From: a virus
DNA: 39,826 nucleotides
Strand: one strand, 5' to 3'
Virus genome (UHGV): UHGV-0392477
The notes under the pieces are model-generated. The model did no database searches and was not told where the DNA came from. It saw only the letters and a list, made by a program, of their open reading frames with translations. Shown one piece after another: positions 8,606 through 17,375 of this stretch; positions within the stretch are counted from its first letter, which is position 1; the number at the start of each line of letters is the position of its first letter. The translations under genes were made by a program, and so were the position numbers.

Positions 8606-11600
8606 TTACGTTGTGCGCAGCGTGTATCCGTTACGCTTATCCAGTTCAACAAGTTTCTTTTTAATTTCCCGGATATCTATGTTGACCGTTAAATCCATCT
8701 GTTCTATCAGGTCAATGATGCGCTGCAGCAGGTTTGCCATGATGGAAAGATACTGCTCACTCATGCCATTACTGCTTGTTTGGGACGCTAAAGCCACCGC
8801 CCGGTCCACCATTTCCTGCATCTTATCTTCAGGCGCCACAATCTCACCATAGTGCCGGTTATCACCAATCATGGCCAGCTGCGGGGTGTTGGCGCGGACG
8901 AAACCGCCCTGGGCCAGACGTGGAAGGTGGATGTTTGGTATATTCGGGATAAAATCGGCGCCGATGCCCGGTATCTTATCCGCCACCTCATTTACGGCGT
9001 CTATCATGGCATTAATCGCATCAATAACCCTGTTGGCCATGTTCTCCACACCATCAATAATCATGTTGATAATGCCCTTTATATCTGCCCAGATACCGTC
9101 CCAGGTTTCTTTTGTCTTGGTTCTCACCGTATCCCATACGCCTGTAATCGCGTCTTTCATAGCCGTGAACTTCTCATCCACTGCCGTCTTGATTGTATCC
9201 CACAGGCCTGAAACAAATTCCTTGATACTTTCCCATATTTCTGATGTCTTACTCTTAACGTTCTCCCAGGCCGTGCTGATGGTGGTTTTTATTGCATCGA
9301 ATAGGCTGCTGGCCAGAGACTTAAGCCAGTTCCAGATGGTATTCAGGAGCGCCTTGATTCCGTTCCAAATAGTACTGGTAGCCCCAGATATGGCAGTCCA
9401 AGCCATGTTAACAACGTTTTGGATAAATGTTACGGCACCAGATACAAGCTCCTTCAATGCCTCCCAGATACCGGAGAATATCTCCTTGATTCCTTCCCAA
9501 GCAAGACTCCAGTCACCAGTGAATACGCCGACAATGAAGTCAATCACACCACCTAGCGCCGTGAGCAATCCCTCTATGATGCCGGAAACGGATTCCCAGA
9601 ATCCGAAGAATGTGTCAATGGCGCTCTGCAAACATGAAGCTATAACTGGCGCTACATTTGTAATAAACCATTCGATGAATGGCTGTATGGCCCCCGTCCA
9701 CAATTTGGTGACTGCATCAGCCACTTTTCCGCCAAATTCCATAAATTTATCAATTAATGGACTGAGGTACTGGTCTTTGAATTCCACAAATCGTGTGGAT
9801 AGGTTCTGCAATACTGGAAGGAAATATGTGTTATAGACATCAAGCAACAGGGTGCCGATTTCCGTGAACCCCTGTTTGAAGGTTGCCAGCATTGGTGCCA
9901 CATGCTCATCATAATAGACTCTGACCTTTTGAAAATATTCACATATCAAATCTTTTGTAGCCGAAAAAACAGGTTCAACCGCGCTGAATGTATCTTCCAG
10001 CGTTGTCTTAATATAGTCAGCGTTATCAATGAAGGGAGCCGTGATAACATCCATTAAATCAATAGCAAGTGTCCCTATATATTCCGTCACTCCCTTGAAA
10101 GCTTCGAAGAATATACCAATGATATCAGCTGTAATCTGCTTTGCACTGTTACTCCGTAGAGATGAAAATACCGTTGCTAGCGCTTCGGAAAAACTCCCGC
10201 TTATCTCAGCAATCCTAGAACCGATATTGAGCATGGACACAATGTAATCCCTAATCCGTTCACTATTCTGCTGCAGGAACAGGCTAATTCCACCCAGCAG
10301 GTTATCTGCTATGGATGCTCCTATACTGGCGGCAGAGCCGGCTATCTTACCCAGGTTAATAGCTAAGATATTGGCAAACCGGTTGGCAGCCTGTTCCACC
10401 TCTGGAGATGTAAATATCTCCGTCAGACTATCCTTGATGCTTTGGATAGATTCTTTCATGCTGTCCAGGACGCTGGTGTCACCAAATCCAACCTTAAATC
10501 CTGCCATGAATAGGTTTTTGAGTTCCTTTGCCTTCTCAATCAGCCCGGCATATTTACTGTCCATCTCATCCATGGCCGATGTATCAAGTTCGCCCATGTC
10601 GAACTCATCCGCAGAGTACCCACCATCCGCACCGCCTCCGGAACCACCGCTACCGGAGTCTGTCTCCGGGTTGATGATATTGAGTTCATCAATGCCTGTG
10701 CTGACACTTTTCATGTCCTTGGCGGCCTTTTTGGCTGCGCCGCCTGCTCCTCCAGCGGCTGCCCCTGCTTTATCAGCAGACTGGGCCACTGCCTCCATTC
10801 CTGCGGCGGCGGCAGATGCTCCTCCCGAGCCCTTCTTGCCTGTCACCATTTCGGTAAAAGCCTTAAAGGCATTGGCCAGGCTCATCAGCTTGCTGATGAT
10901 ACGGTTGATTACCTGGATGACCGGGGTCAGTACATTTATAAGGCCCTGACCGATTGTGGCTTTAAGACTGTCAAACTGTAACTTCAGGACACGCACCTGG
11001 TTTGCCCAGCCATCCGCCGTCCGGATGAAGTCCCCGGATGCAAGGGACAGCTGGTCCTGCACAAACTTGTACCGCAGGGCCACCTTTTCCATCTCTGACA
11101 TTTTAGCCGTGGTTTTTCCAAAGCCATTGGCGAGAGCATAGCTGTCCAGGGCACTCTGGGTCATAACAATACCCAAGTCCTTCAGGGATTCCGTCTCACC
11201 AGTAAAGACTGATTTCAGCTTGGTATAGGCTTCGTCCTGGCTGATGTTATAAAAGGATGCCACATCACCCGATAGTCCAGTCAGGGCCGTGGCCATCTCA
11301 TAAGCTTGTTGCTCCCCAAAGCCGAATGCCTTGGCCATTGCACCGAAGGTACCCGTGAACTTCTTAGCCATGGTCTCGGACAGGCCGAAGGAGGTTATGG
11401 CGTTCTTAGCAAAGTCATCCACCTGTTTGGACATCCGTGGGAATGTGACGTCCACTACGTTCTGGACCTCGGCCAGGTCAGAACCCAATTCAATACATTG
11501 TGCACCGAAGTCTATGATTTTTTTTACTGCAAAAGCCGCCGCAAGGGCGGCACCTGCCTTTTTAGCCAGTCCCTGAATGCCCGCCATCTGCTGCTTAAAT

Positions 11601-11674
11601 TGATTCTGGTTGACCACAAGGTCAAGGCCAATCTGGCCTACGCTGTCAGCCACGGTACCACCTCCTATCCACAC
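8606..11674 (-). CDS. Tail tape measure protein
   Basis: 1022 aa. Gly/Ala-rich segment and periodic W..IK repeats (WNGIKALLNTIWNWLKSL.. WENVKSKTSEIWESIKEF.. WDTIKTAV..). Follows the chaperone pair. Confidence 0.9.
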   Translation of the reverse strand: MWIGGGTVADSVGQIGLDLVVNQNQFKQQMAGIQGLAKKAGAALAAAFAVKKIIDFGAQCIELGSDLAEVQNVVDVTFPRMSKQVDDFAKNAITSFGLSETMAKKFTGTFGAMAKAFGFGEQQAYEMATALTGLSGDVASFYNISQDEAYTKLKSVFTGETESLKDLGIVMTQSALDSYALANGFGKTTAKMSEMEKVALRYKFVQDQLSLASGDFIRTADGWANQVRVLKLQFDSLKATIGQGLINVLTPVIQVINRIISKLMSLANAFKAFTEMVTGKKGSGGASAAAAGMEAVAQSADKAGAAAGGAGGAAKKAAKDMKSVSTGIDELNIINPETDSGSGGSGGGADGGYSADEFDMGELDTSAMDEMDSKYAGLIEKAKELKNLFMAGFKVGFGDTSVLDSMKESIQSIKDSLTEIFTSPEVEQAANRFANILAINLGKIAGSAASIGASIADNLLGGISLFLQQNSERIRDYIVSMLNIGSRIAEISGSFSEALATVFSSLRSNSAKQITADIIGIFFEAFKGVTEYIGTLAIDLMDVITAPFIDNADYIKTTLEDTFSAVEPVFSATKDLICEYFQKVRVYYDEHVAPMLATFKQGFTEIGTLLLDVYNTYFLPVLQNLSTRFVEFKDQYLSPLIDKFMEFGGKVADAVTKLWTGAIQPFIEWFITNVAPVIASCLQSAIDTFFGFWESVSGIIEGLLTALGGVIDFIVGVFTGDWSLAWEGIKEIFSGIWEALKELVSGAVTFIQNVVNMAWTAISGATSTIWNGIKALLNTIWNWLKSLASSLFDAIKTTISTAWENVKSKTSEIWESIKEFVSGLWDTIKTAVDEKFTAMKDAITGVWDTVRTKTKETWDGIWADIKGIINMIIDGVENMANRVIDAINAMIDAVNEVADKIPGIGADFIPNIPNIHLPRLAQGGFVRANTPQLAMIGDNRHYGEIVAPEDKMQEMVDRAVALASQTSSNGMSEQYLSIMANLLQRIIDLIEQMDLTVNIDIREIKKKLVELDKRNGYTLRTT

Positions 11675-11979
11675 ATGGCTGCGAACATCTTCTCCAGGCC
11701 GGCCATTTCCTTCTCGAAGGTTTTCTCATCCATTTCTTTCATTTCCCGGTTACGCCAGTCATCATATATCCGGCGCTGGTCCTTTGTATAATGCTTGATA
11801 ATGTCCTTATCCGTTTCAGACCGGATGGCCACCACCCGTCCCAAGGCAGTCTCCGGGGACAGGCCGGCAATCAGCGCCTTGAACTCGTCCCAAGAGACTG
11901 ACTCAAATTCCTTCGTTCGTATACGCAACCCGTACTGCGACAGGAAGCTGGAAACTATCAGGTCCCAGTCCTCGAACAT
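11665..11979 (-). CDS. Tail assembly chaperone T segment. Probably expressed as a G-T fusion by frameshifting
   Basis: Its frame stays open for 24 codons upstream of the ATG and overlaps the 3' end of the G ORF. No good SD of its own. Confidence 0.55.
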   Translation of the reverse strand: MFEDWDLIVSSFLSQYGLRIRTKEFESVSWDEFKALIAGLSPETALGRVVAIRSETDKDIIKHYTKDQRRIYDDWRNREMKEMDEKTFEKEMAGLEKMFAAMCG

Positions 11980-11992
11980 GTCGTAGTACGGG

Positions 11993-12295
11993 TCACTGCT
12001 CTCCCCCGGCAGGTTCCTCCGTACCGGAAATAAGCTGGACGGCTTCCTGGACTACAATAATCAGGTCATTGAATCCCAGTTTCATCCTCTCTATCTCTTT
12101 CTTGGATTTTTCTGGGAACATCATGTCGTAGGCCTCCAGGATTTCCTGTGCACCCGGGTCATCCGCCGACATCAGCCCCATGACCTTAAGCATGGTTGGG
12201 GCGTCTGCATTCACTTCTATGGCCTTTCCCTTGATGACCAGGGATGGATTCCCTTCAAAACTCAATTTATCTGTGATGTCTACTTTCCTCGCCAT
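11993..12295 (-). CDS. Tail assembly chaperone G
   Basis: About 100 aa acidic protein between the major tail protein and the tape measure. Confidence 0.65.
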   Translation of the reverse strand: MARKVDITDKLSFEGNPSLVIKGKAIEVNADAPTMLKVMGLMSADDPGAQEILEAYDMMFPEKSKKEIERMKLGFNDLIIVVQEAVQLISGTEEPAGGEQ

Positions 12296-12308
12296 TTTCT
12301 ATCCCTCC

Positions 12309-12761
12309 TTATGCTCCTGGTGTAAATGTTGGGGCGCCATAGCCTGTCACCTCAAATTCCAATGTGTCAATACTTGTCGTGTCACCACCTCCGGGCGTCG
12401 TCACATTAACGACTACGTCACAGGCCAGCTTTGCTCCGCTGACCATGGTCCACTCAAACTTGGTCATCACGTCCTGTCCAAACTTCCACGCCAGGCCGGC
12501 AATATAATCATTCCCCGGGTCCCCAACCGACCGTTTTCCCTTGAAGCTGAACCCAAGTTTCTTACCGGTCATGGCAGCCTTGGCCCATCCGGCAGCATCC
12601 ATGGAATACCACCCCTCAACGGTACCGTCTATGGATGGTGCAAAGTTCTCCAGATCGGCTGGCATCACCATCTGTTCATCTGTACTCTCAAGGCCCGCAG
12701 TGCCAAACTTAAACACATTGTTATGCACGGGATACACTTTTCCCTTTGCTGCATCTGCCAT
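12309..12761 (-). CDS. Major tail (tube) protein
   Basis: 150 aa. Sits upstream of the chaperones. TP901-1/phi13-like composition. Confidence 0.7.
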   Translation of the reverse strand: MADAAKGKVYPVHNNVFKFGTAGLESTDEQMVMPADLENFAPSIDGTVEGWYSMDAAGWAKAAMTGKKLGFSFKGKRSVGDPGNDYIAGLAWKFGQDVMTKFEWTMVSGAKLACDVVVNVTTPGGGDTTSIDTLEFEVTGYGAPTFTPGA

Positions 12762-12771
12762 CTCTTATACC

Positions 12772-13179
12772 TCACTTTCTCTGATATACAAAATCCAGCC
12801 ATATCACATATTCGTAGACACCCTTATCATCCGTCCCCACGTCCACCGGTTCTGGGACCTGGAGGATGATGCAGTTGATGGGTGTATCCCCTATGGATAG
12901 GCTGGATACGTTTTTAAGTTTCTCATATAGTGCATAGGCAGCCCGCTCTGATGCCTGCACATCCCTGTCCCAATGGACCAGCAGTGATATACGCCGGACA
13001 TCATAGCTGCTGTAATCATGGCCACCCAGGGCCATCACGGGAGGACCACTGCCCTGCCGGTGATACACGCCTATGGAATGGTCTTTCTTACTGTTCAGTT
13101 TCCCGATATAGACATTCCTGTCTTCAGCAATGGCCAGACCGGCTATGTATCCCCGGATATCGTCCAGTTTCAGCATCAT
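12772..13179 (-). CDS. Tail terminator/tail completion protein
   Basis: Assigned by position in the neck module. Confidence 0.5.
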   Translation of the reverse strand: MMLKLDDIRGYIAGLAIAEDRNVYIGKLNSKKDHSIGVYHRQGSGPPVMALGGHDYSSYDVRRISLLVHWDRDVQASERAAYALYEKLKNVSSLSIGDTPINCIILQVPEPVDVGTDDKGVYEYVIWLDFVYQRK

Positions 13180-13577
13180 ACACCACCTGCTTTCTTGTAA
13201 AACCTCTTAAATGCGTTCCTGGCAAAATCCTGGCTTACTCCACCAGGTAGCCACGGTTCGTACCATTCACCGCCGGCAAACGGGTTCTCGTCCGTCTGGA
13301 AGTTGTACTCCGGATGATAATACAGACGGCGTGCATAAGGTGTGCTGGACACCAGCGTTACTTTGCCTTGCTTGGATTCACTGTAATCGACAAATGTACT
13401 CTCATTTTGAAGATTGCCAGTCTCAAAAGGCATCACCTGGGCCTGTACAACCTCTGTATGCAACGCCTCCGCTGTCATCTCCAGGGCAGTCACCGCCGCC
13501 TGTGTCAGCTGCTTAATCCGTGGGAAATTCATTTTCACAGTTGATTTTACCTGCATCAGACCACCTCCAGCTGGCAA
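13176..13577 (-). CDS. HK97 gp10-like neck/minor capsid protein
   Basis: Position and size. Start overlaps the next gene. Confidence 0.5.
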   Translation of the reverse strand: MPAGGGLMQVKSTVKMNFPRIKQLTQAAVTALEMTAEALHTEVVQAQVMPFETGNLQNESTFVDYSESKQGKVTLVSSTPYARRLYYHPEYNFQTDENPFAGGEWYEPWLPGGVSQDFARNAFKRFYKKAGGV

Positions 13578-13894
13578 TAGTTCACTGTCCCATCCGGGTT
13601 CCTGGCTTTCATCCCCTGTTCAATCCTCCGTTCTTCCCCAAATACAGTTACGGTACCCCCGCTTAAGGTTGGGAAGTCTGGGGCAATGTCCCCGGGGAAC
13701 AGGGCCGTACCGGTTATCTGCACCAGCTTCTTTTCTGTGGTCAGAATGGTCTTGGCCCGGTCCTGGAAGTTACATTTTAGGTCCAAGTCCACTACCTTCT
13801 CTGGATGGCCGCGGTTGTCTGTATCCTCTGATTCCAGATGGACGTGTATATCCGTCCTGCATAGCCGTTTTGGCACTAAACATGGGTATTTCAT
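13556..13894 (-). CDS. Head closure/head-tail adaptor protein
   Basis: Assigned by position. Confidence 0.5.
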   Translation of the reverse strand: MKYPCLVPKRLCRTDIHVHLESEDTDNRGHPEKVVDLDLKCNFQDRAKTILTTEKKLVQITGTALFPGDIAPDFPTLSGGTVTVFGEERRIEQGMKARNPDGTVNYCQLEVV

Positions 13895-13898
13895 AGCC

Positions 13899-14285
13899 TC
13901 ACCTCGCTAACCGGCAGCACAGACCCGTCTGGGACAGCAGAGCGTACACATCGCGCTTCATGGCTACACCCTTGTCTGTAAATACGTTCCAGCTGCTACC
14001 GAACTGTGCGGATACACCGTTGATGCTGTAGCCCTGCAGGATGGTATTAATCTCGTCCGCGTTCTCATACTCAAAGTCCGCCTGCTGGCAGACCACTTCC
14101 TGTATGGTTTCCTGCTGGAAGGCCGTCAGATTAGAAAATCCCCGGCCTACAATCCGGTTGTAGGTCAGGGAATCAACGTGGCGGCTGGCCTGCTTAAGAG
14201 CCTTGTCCAACTCGTCCATGGGGATTACATTCCCCTTGTATGCGTCACAGTAGTACTCATAGGTGACATAGGGTTCATAAGACAT
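13899..14285 (-). CDS. Head-tail connector (gp6-like)
   Basis: Assigned by position downstream of the capsid. Confidence 0.5.
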   Translation of the reverse strand: MSYEPYVTYEYYCDAYKGNVIPMDELDKALKQASRHVDSLTYNRIVGRGFSNLTAFQQETIQEVVCQQADFEYENADEINTILQGYSINGVSAQFGSSWNVFTDKGVAMKRDVYALLSQTGLCCRLAR

Positions 14286-14295
14286 AAGGCACCTC

Positions 14296-14700
14296 CTATG
14301 TAACAGACCATGTACCGTCTACATTAGTTGCTGTCTTAGGCGTCTCCCCGTCCTTAAATGTAAATGATTCCGTCTTGCTTGGGACGTTCTCAAATACCTT
14401 GTCTTTAGTATTGTAAGCCACTCCAGATAAGGAGATTTCCTTAACTGCTCCCGTGGCGGTATATCCAACAGTAATAAGTCTGTCTGGGAAGTTGCTATCC
14501 CCAGCATCTGGCGTGAGTGTTCCATACCGGACTGTCTCCCGTGCTCTGAGATATGCCCCGTTATCTGCGTCATAAAGGCTATCCTGAATGACGGTCCCTT
14601 TGTGTTGTCCTGTATATTCCCCGGACGTGGACAGCCGCTCCCCGCTGATGGGGGAATCGGAAGGCCAATCCACATTTCCATATTTCATTTCGTTTGGCAT
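14296..14700 (-). CDS. Hypothetical head-associated protein
   Basis: ORF between the major capsid and connector genes. Confidence 0.45.
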   Translation of the reverse strand: MPNEMKYGNVDWPSDSPISGERLSTSGEYTGQHKGTVIQDSLYDADNGAYLRARETVRYGTLTPDAGDSNFPDRLITVGYTATGAVKEISLSGVAYNTKDKVFENVPSKTESFTFKDGETPKTATNVDGTWSVT

Positions 14701-14711
14701 AATGCTCCTCC

Positions 14712-15677
14712 TTACTGCACCTTGATTTTGCGCATAATACCGGCCGCTTTGGTTGCCTTAAGAGCCGCTGTTGCCAGCATCTCTACCTCACCCTTCTTTA
14801 CCGCGCCGGCTTCCTCAAATTTCGGCAGCCACTGCTTAACAGGGAGTCCTCCAGAAGGAGAAACCGCGTGGAATCCATCCAGCCCGATCCTTGCCGCATA
14901 CAGGGATGTCTCTCCTTTTGTGCCGGATGCCGTATCGATGGATACAATCGGATCGTTGGAACCGCTCTTTGCGCCGAAATCTACCAGTGGGATATCTCCG
15001 TAGCTTTCAATCTGCTGGCCGAAATCATTCTTTGTTACCTGGTACATACCGGCTCTGCGAGCGCATGCCCGAATTTTCGCAATCAATTTCAGATTACCGC
15101 CAATAAAATCCGGCTTGCCGTCCAGGCCCATCAGGAACTCGTCCAACTGGTCCAGAAACAGCTGATAATTTTCGGTCACCTTGGCTGTAGTGGAAAGGTC
15201 AATTGCCGCGCTGGGCTTGTACTCTGTGGAGCTTCCAGTTACAGCCACATCCAAACCGTCAAAACTCTTTTCATTCTTGCTGGAATCACCAATAATTAGT
15301 GTCTCTGAAAACAGTGCGGATGCAGACTTTATCTTCTGCTGCATCTGGAAGGTCACCTCATCATCCACGCCTCCCATATCCGCAATCACACGGTCAATCT
15401 CGAATGCGCCTCCAAAAATCTTAATATCTGTGGTGTACTTCTGTTTCTTGGCCTCGTCCGCCGTATATTCCGCATTAACTGCGCGGAAGCTGGCTGTAGA
15501 TGGTGTGATCACGCGGTAATACCCATAAGTCATGGTTGCCCCACTACCTACAGGAGATACGCAGTCATCAAAAATCATATGATCCATTAAAAAACTGGAC
15601 TTACGGAATTCATCAATGACCGCCATAGACAATTTGTCCTGTGTCTTAAGCTTTGCCTGTGCTAATGTTACTGCCAT
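14712..15677 (-). CDS. Major capsid protein
   Basis: 321 aa. Immediately downstream of the scaffold gene. Confidence 0.75.
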   Translation of the reverse strand: MAVTLAQAKLKTQDKLSMAVIDEFRKSSFLMDHMIFDDCVSPVGSGATMTYGYYRVITPSTASFRAVNAEYTADEAKKQKYTTDIKIFGGAFEIDRVIADMGGVDDEVTFQMQQKIKSASALFSETLIIGDSSKNEKSFDGLDVAVTGSSTEYKPSAAIDLSTTAKVTENYQLFLDQLDEFLMGLDGKPDFIGGNLKLIAKIRACARRAGMYQVTKNDFGQQIESYGDIPLVDFGAKSGSNDPIVSIDTASGTKGETSLYAARIGLDGFHAVSPSGGLPVKQWLPKFEEAGAVKKGEVEMLATAALKATKAAGIMRKIKVQ

Positions 15678-15695
15678 ATCCTATACCTCTTTTTC

Positions 15696-16319
15696 TTATT
15701 TTTTAAGTGCTGCTGAAATAGCGTCTTTCAGCGTCATTGGTTCATTGGCTGTCTGTTGCTGCCCACTGGCTACGCCCACCTGGATGAATCCGGTGGTTCC
15801 TGGTGCCTGGGGTTTCAGTGCCGGCACGTCCTCCAGCACCTTGTTCAGGGCTGCCTTAAGTGCCTCATCATTGATTTTCCCATCCTGCCCCATGACCTGA
15901 CTTAAATCAGCCATCTTGAGGACATACGGGATTGTCTTGGCCTCAATTCCCAGGGATACTGCGGCCATGGTTGCCGCGGCCTGCATCTGTGCCTGTTGAG
16001 CGAGGGCCTGGGCTTGGGTGGCCTGCTGCTGTAACGCAGCCACATCTGGTTGTGATGCCGCCTTCTGCTGCTTGAATGCAGCAATCGCCTGGTCCATCTC
16101 TTCCTGGCTAAGTCCCTGCTGCTTGAAGTAGGCTTTCAGAGCCGTATCCTCCTTAGCTGCCAGGGTTCCCTCCAGCATCTGCTGGATTTTGGCATAATCA
16201 ATTATTGGGGATGCCGCCTGCTGGCTGGCCTGGGCCCCCTGCTGCTGGGTCTGTGCCCCTCCCTCGCCGCCTGCGGGCTCTGCAAATAACTGTAAGTTCA
16301 TTGGTAACATGTCTCTCAT
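15696..16319 (-). CDS. Scaffold protein (GP20-type, with the MNLQLFA signature)
   Basis: N-terminal NLQLFAEP is typical of Firmicutes phage scaffold proteins. Gln/Ala-rich and helical. Best start is the ATG at 16319, with GGAGG 8 nt upstream. Confidence 0.75.
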   Translation of the reverse strand: MRDMLPMNLQLFAEPAGGEGGAQTQQQGAQASQQAASPIIDYAKIQQMLEGTLAAKEDTALKAYFKQQGLSQEEMDQAIAAFKQQKAASQPDVAALQQQATQAQALAQQAQMQAAATMAAVSLGIEAKTIPYVLKMADLSQVMGQDGKINDEALKAALNKVLEDVPALKPQAPGTTGFIQVGVASGQQQTANEPMTLKDAISAALKK

Positions 16320-16457
16320 CGTCAATACCTCCATTTTAAGGGTGTCACCCTGTAATTTTTATTGCATCCATTGTCATCAGTGTCGCTGGCCACGCAGCAG
16401 TTTAAAGCCATGCTCGTGTTTGGGCGCAAAAATAGCACCCAGGATAATCCTGCGTGC

Positions 16458-16771
16458 TTATCGCAAATTATAACCCGTCCGTTTCATGTCTCTCGTTACA
16501 GCCTTAATGATTTCGTCTACATCCAGATGTGCTGTAACATCCGTGGAAACTTTCGTCACGGCCGGCTCGTAAGTTGCAAGGAAGATATCCGGCTTACACG
16601 GATATATCTCCCCAGCTATACCACGGATAATGTAATCCCCGATATTGGCTTCGTGTACCCCTTCCAGAGTCCGAATCATGAATTTCACTTCTGGGGTTCC
16701 CTCGTTTTCAAACCAGGCCCTCCCGTCCACTGGAATGCCTCAATTACCACTGGTTTTTTCCTGTACTTCAT
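16458..16771 (-). CDS. Conserved small phage protein (GDYIIRG..GE.YPCKPDIF family). It is split by a 1-nt frame disruption
   Basis: The ATG at 16771 has an excellent RBS (GGAAAGGAGC) and encodes MKYRKKPVVIEAFQWTG before stopping at 16685. The 90-aa track ORF (16458-16730) continues the same family in the -1 frame. The two frames join in the gggaggg run near 16716-16726. Confidence 0.55.
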
Positions 16772-16785
16772 TTATGCTCCTTTCC

Positions 16786-16801
16786 GTTGCGATATCGCAA
16801 C
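16786..16801. promoter_or_regulatory. Palindrome copy C (GTTGCGATATCGCAAC). Sits 14 nt upstream of the ATG at 16771 and downstream of an ACCACC..GGTGGT hairpin plus T-tract
   Basis: Direct read. Confidence 0.55.
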
Positions 16802-16835
16802 AAATAAAATACCACCGGCCATTAATGACTGGTGG

Positions 16836-17159
16836 TTATAATCCCGGTATTGTATCCTTTATTCCTTTTGCAAGGTTTGCTGCTTTCTTCATCAAAGTAT
16901 TTTCTTCCAGATATTCAAGGCCCTTCAACGTAATCTCAGGCCTTGTCAACGCCACCCTGGGGTATCCGCAGTCAAAGGCATTCCATGTCTGCCCACCTGT
17001 AATATACCCTTCATTCAACAGCATGGCCATTATACGGCTCCATTTCGGTACAGACAGTTCAAGTCTTTCAGCAGATAGGATTTCCCTATCTATTTCCTCG
17101 CAGTCCATTGATTTCTGAAGGATGCGGAGTATCTTATAAATCAACCGGAAATCATCCAT
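16836..17159 (-). CDS. YjcQ-family (winged-helix) phage protein
   Basis: MDDFRLIYKILRILQKS...EEIDREILSAERLELS..W.RIMAMLLNEGYI matches the YjcQ pattern. Confidence 0.65.
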   Translation of the reverse strand: MDDFRLIYKILRILQKSMDCEEIDREILSAERLELSVPKWSRIMAMLLNEGYITGGQTWNAFDCGYPRVALTRPEITLKGLEYLEENTLMKKAANLAKGIKDTIPGL

Positions 17160-17177
17160 ACATACCCTCCTTTATGG

Positions 17178-17375
17178 TTACTGGGATTTTTCATGCTCCT
17201 CGACAATTTTCCTTAACTGCTCTTTCCATTCCTCCAGGGTGTATTTTCCACCAAGGCAGAAAGAAATATCCTTAAGCTGTCCGGTAATTGCGTATACCTT
17301 CCGTCTTAATGCCTGAAGTTCCTCATCGTTCCGCATCCGGTTCTTGAATTCTTCCTTCATCATTGCTTTATTCAC
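17178..17375 (-). CDS. Small charged coiled-coil protein (65 aa). Candidate immunity partner of the MuF C-terminal domain
   Basis: ORF overlaps the MuF stop by 8 nt, so it is translationally coupled. Confidence 0.45.
   Translation of the reverse strand: MNKAMMKEEFKNRMRNDEELQALRRKVYAITGQLKDISFCLGGKYTLEEWKEQLRKIVEEHEKSQ

Noticed and set aside
8871-9836. 321-aa plus-strand ORF
   Set aside because: It lies entirely antisense to the tape measure gene and has low-complexity Ser/Ile-rich translation typical of a shadow ORF. No RBS context.
12180-12869. 229-aa plus-strand ORF
   Set aside because: Antisense to the major tail protein and chaperone genes. Shadow ORF.
16751-16760. A_AAA_AAC-like slippery run (aggaaaaaacc) as the frameshift site for the split small gene
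   Set aside because: The -1 frame has stop codons immediately downstream of this run. The two halves can only join later, in the GGGAGGG run.
16362-16841. 159-aa plus-strand ORF
   Set aside because: Spans the palindrome/intergenic region and two minus-strand genes. The minus-strand genes have RBSs and family signatures.
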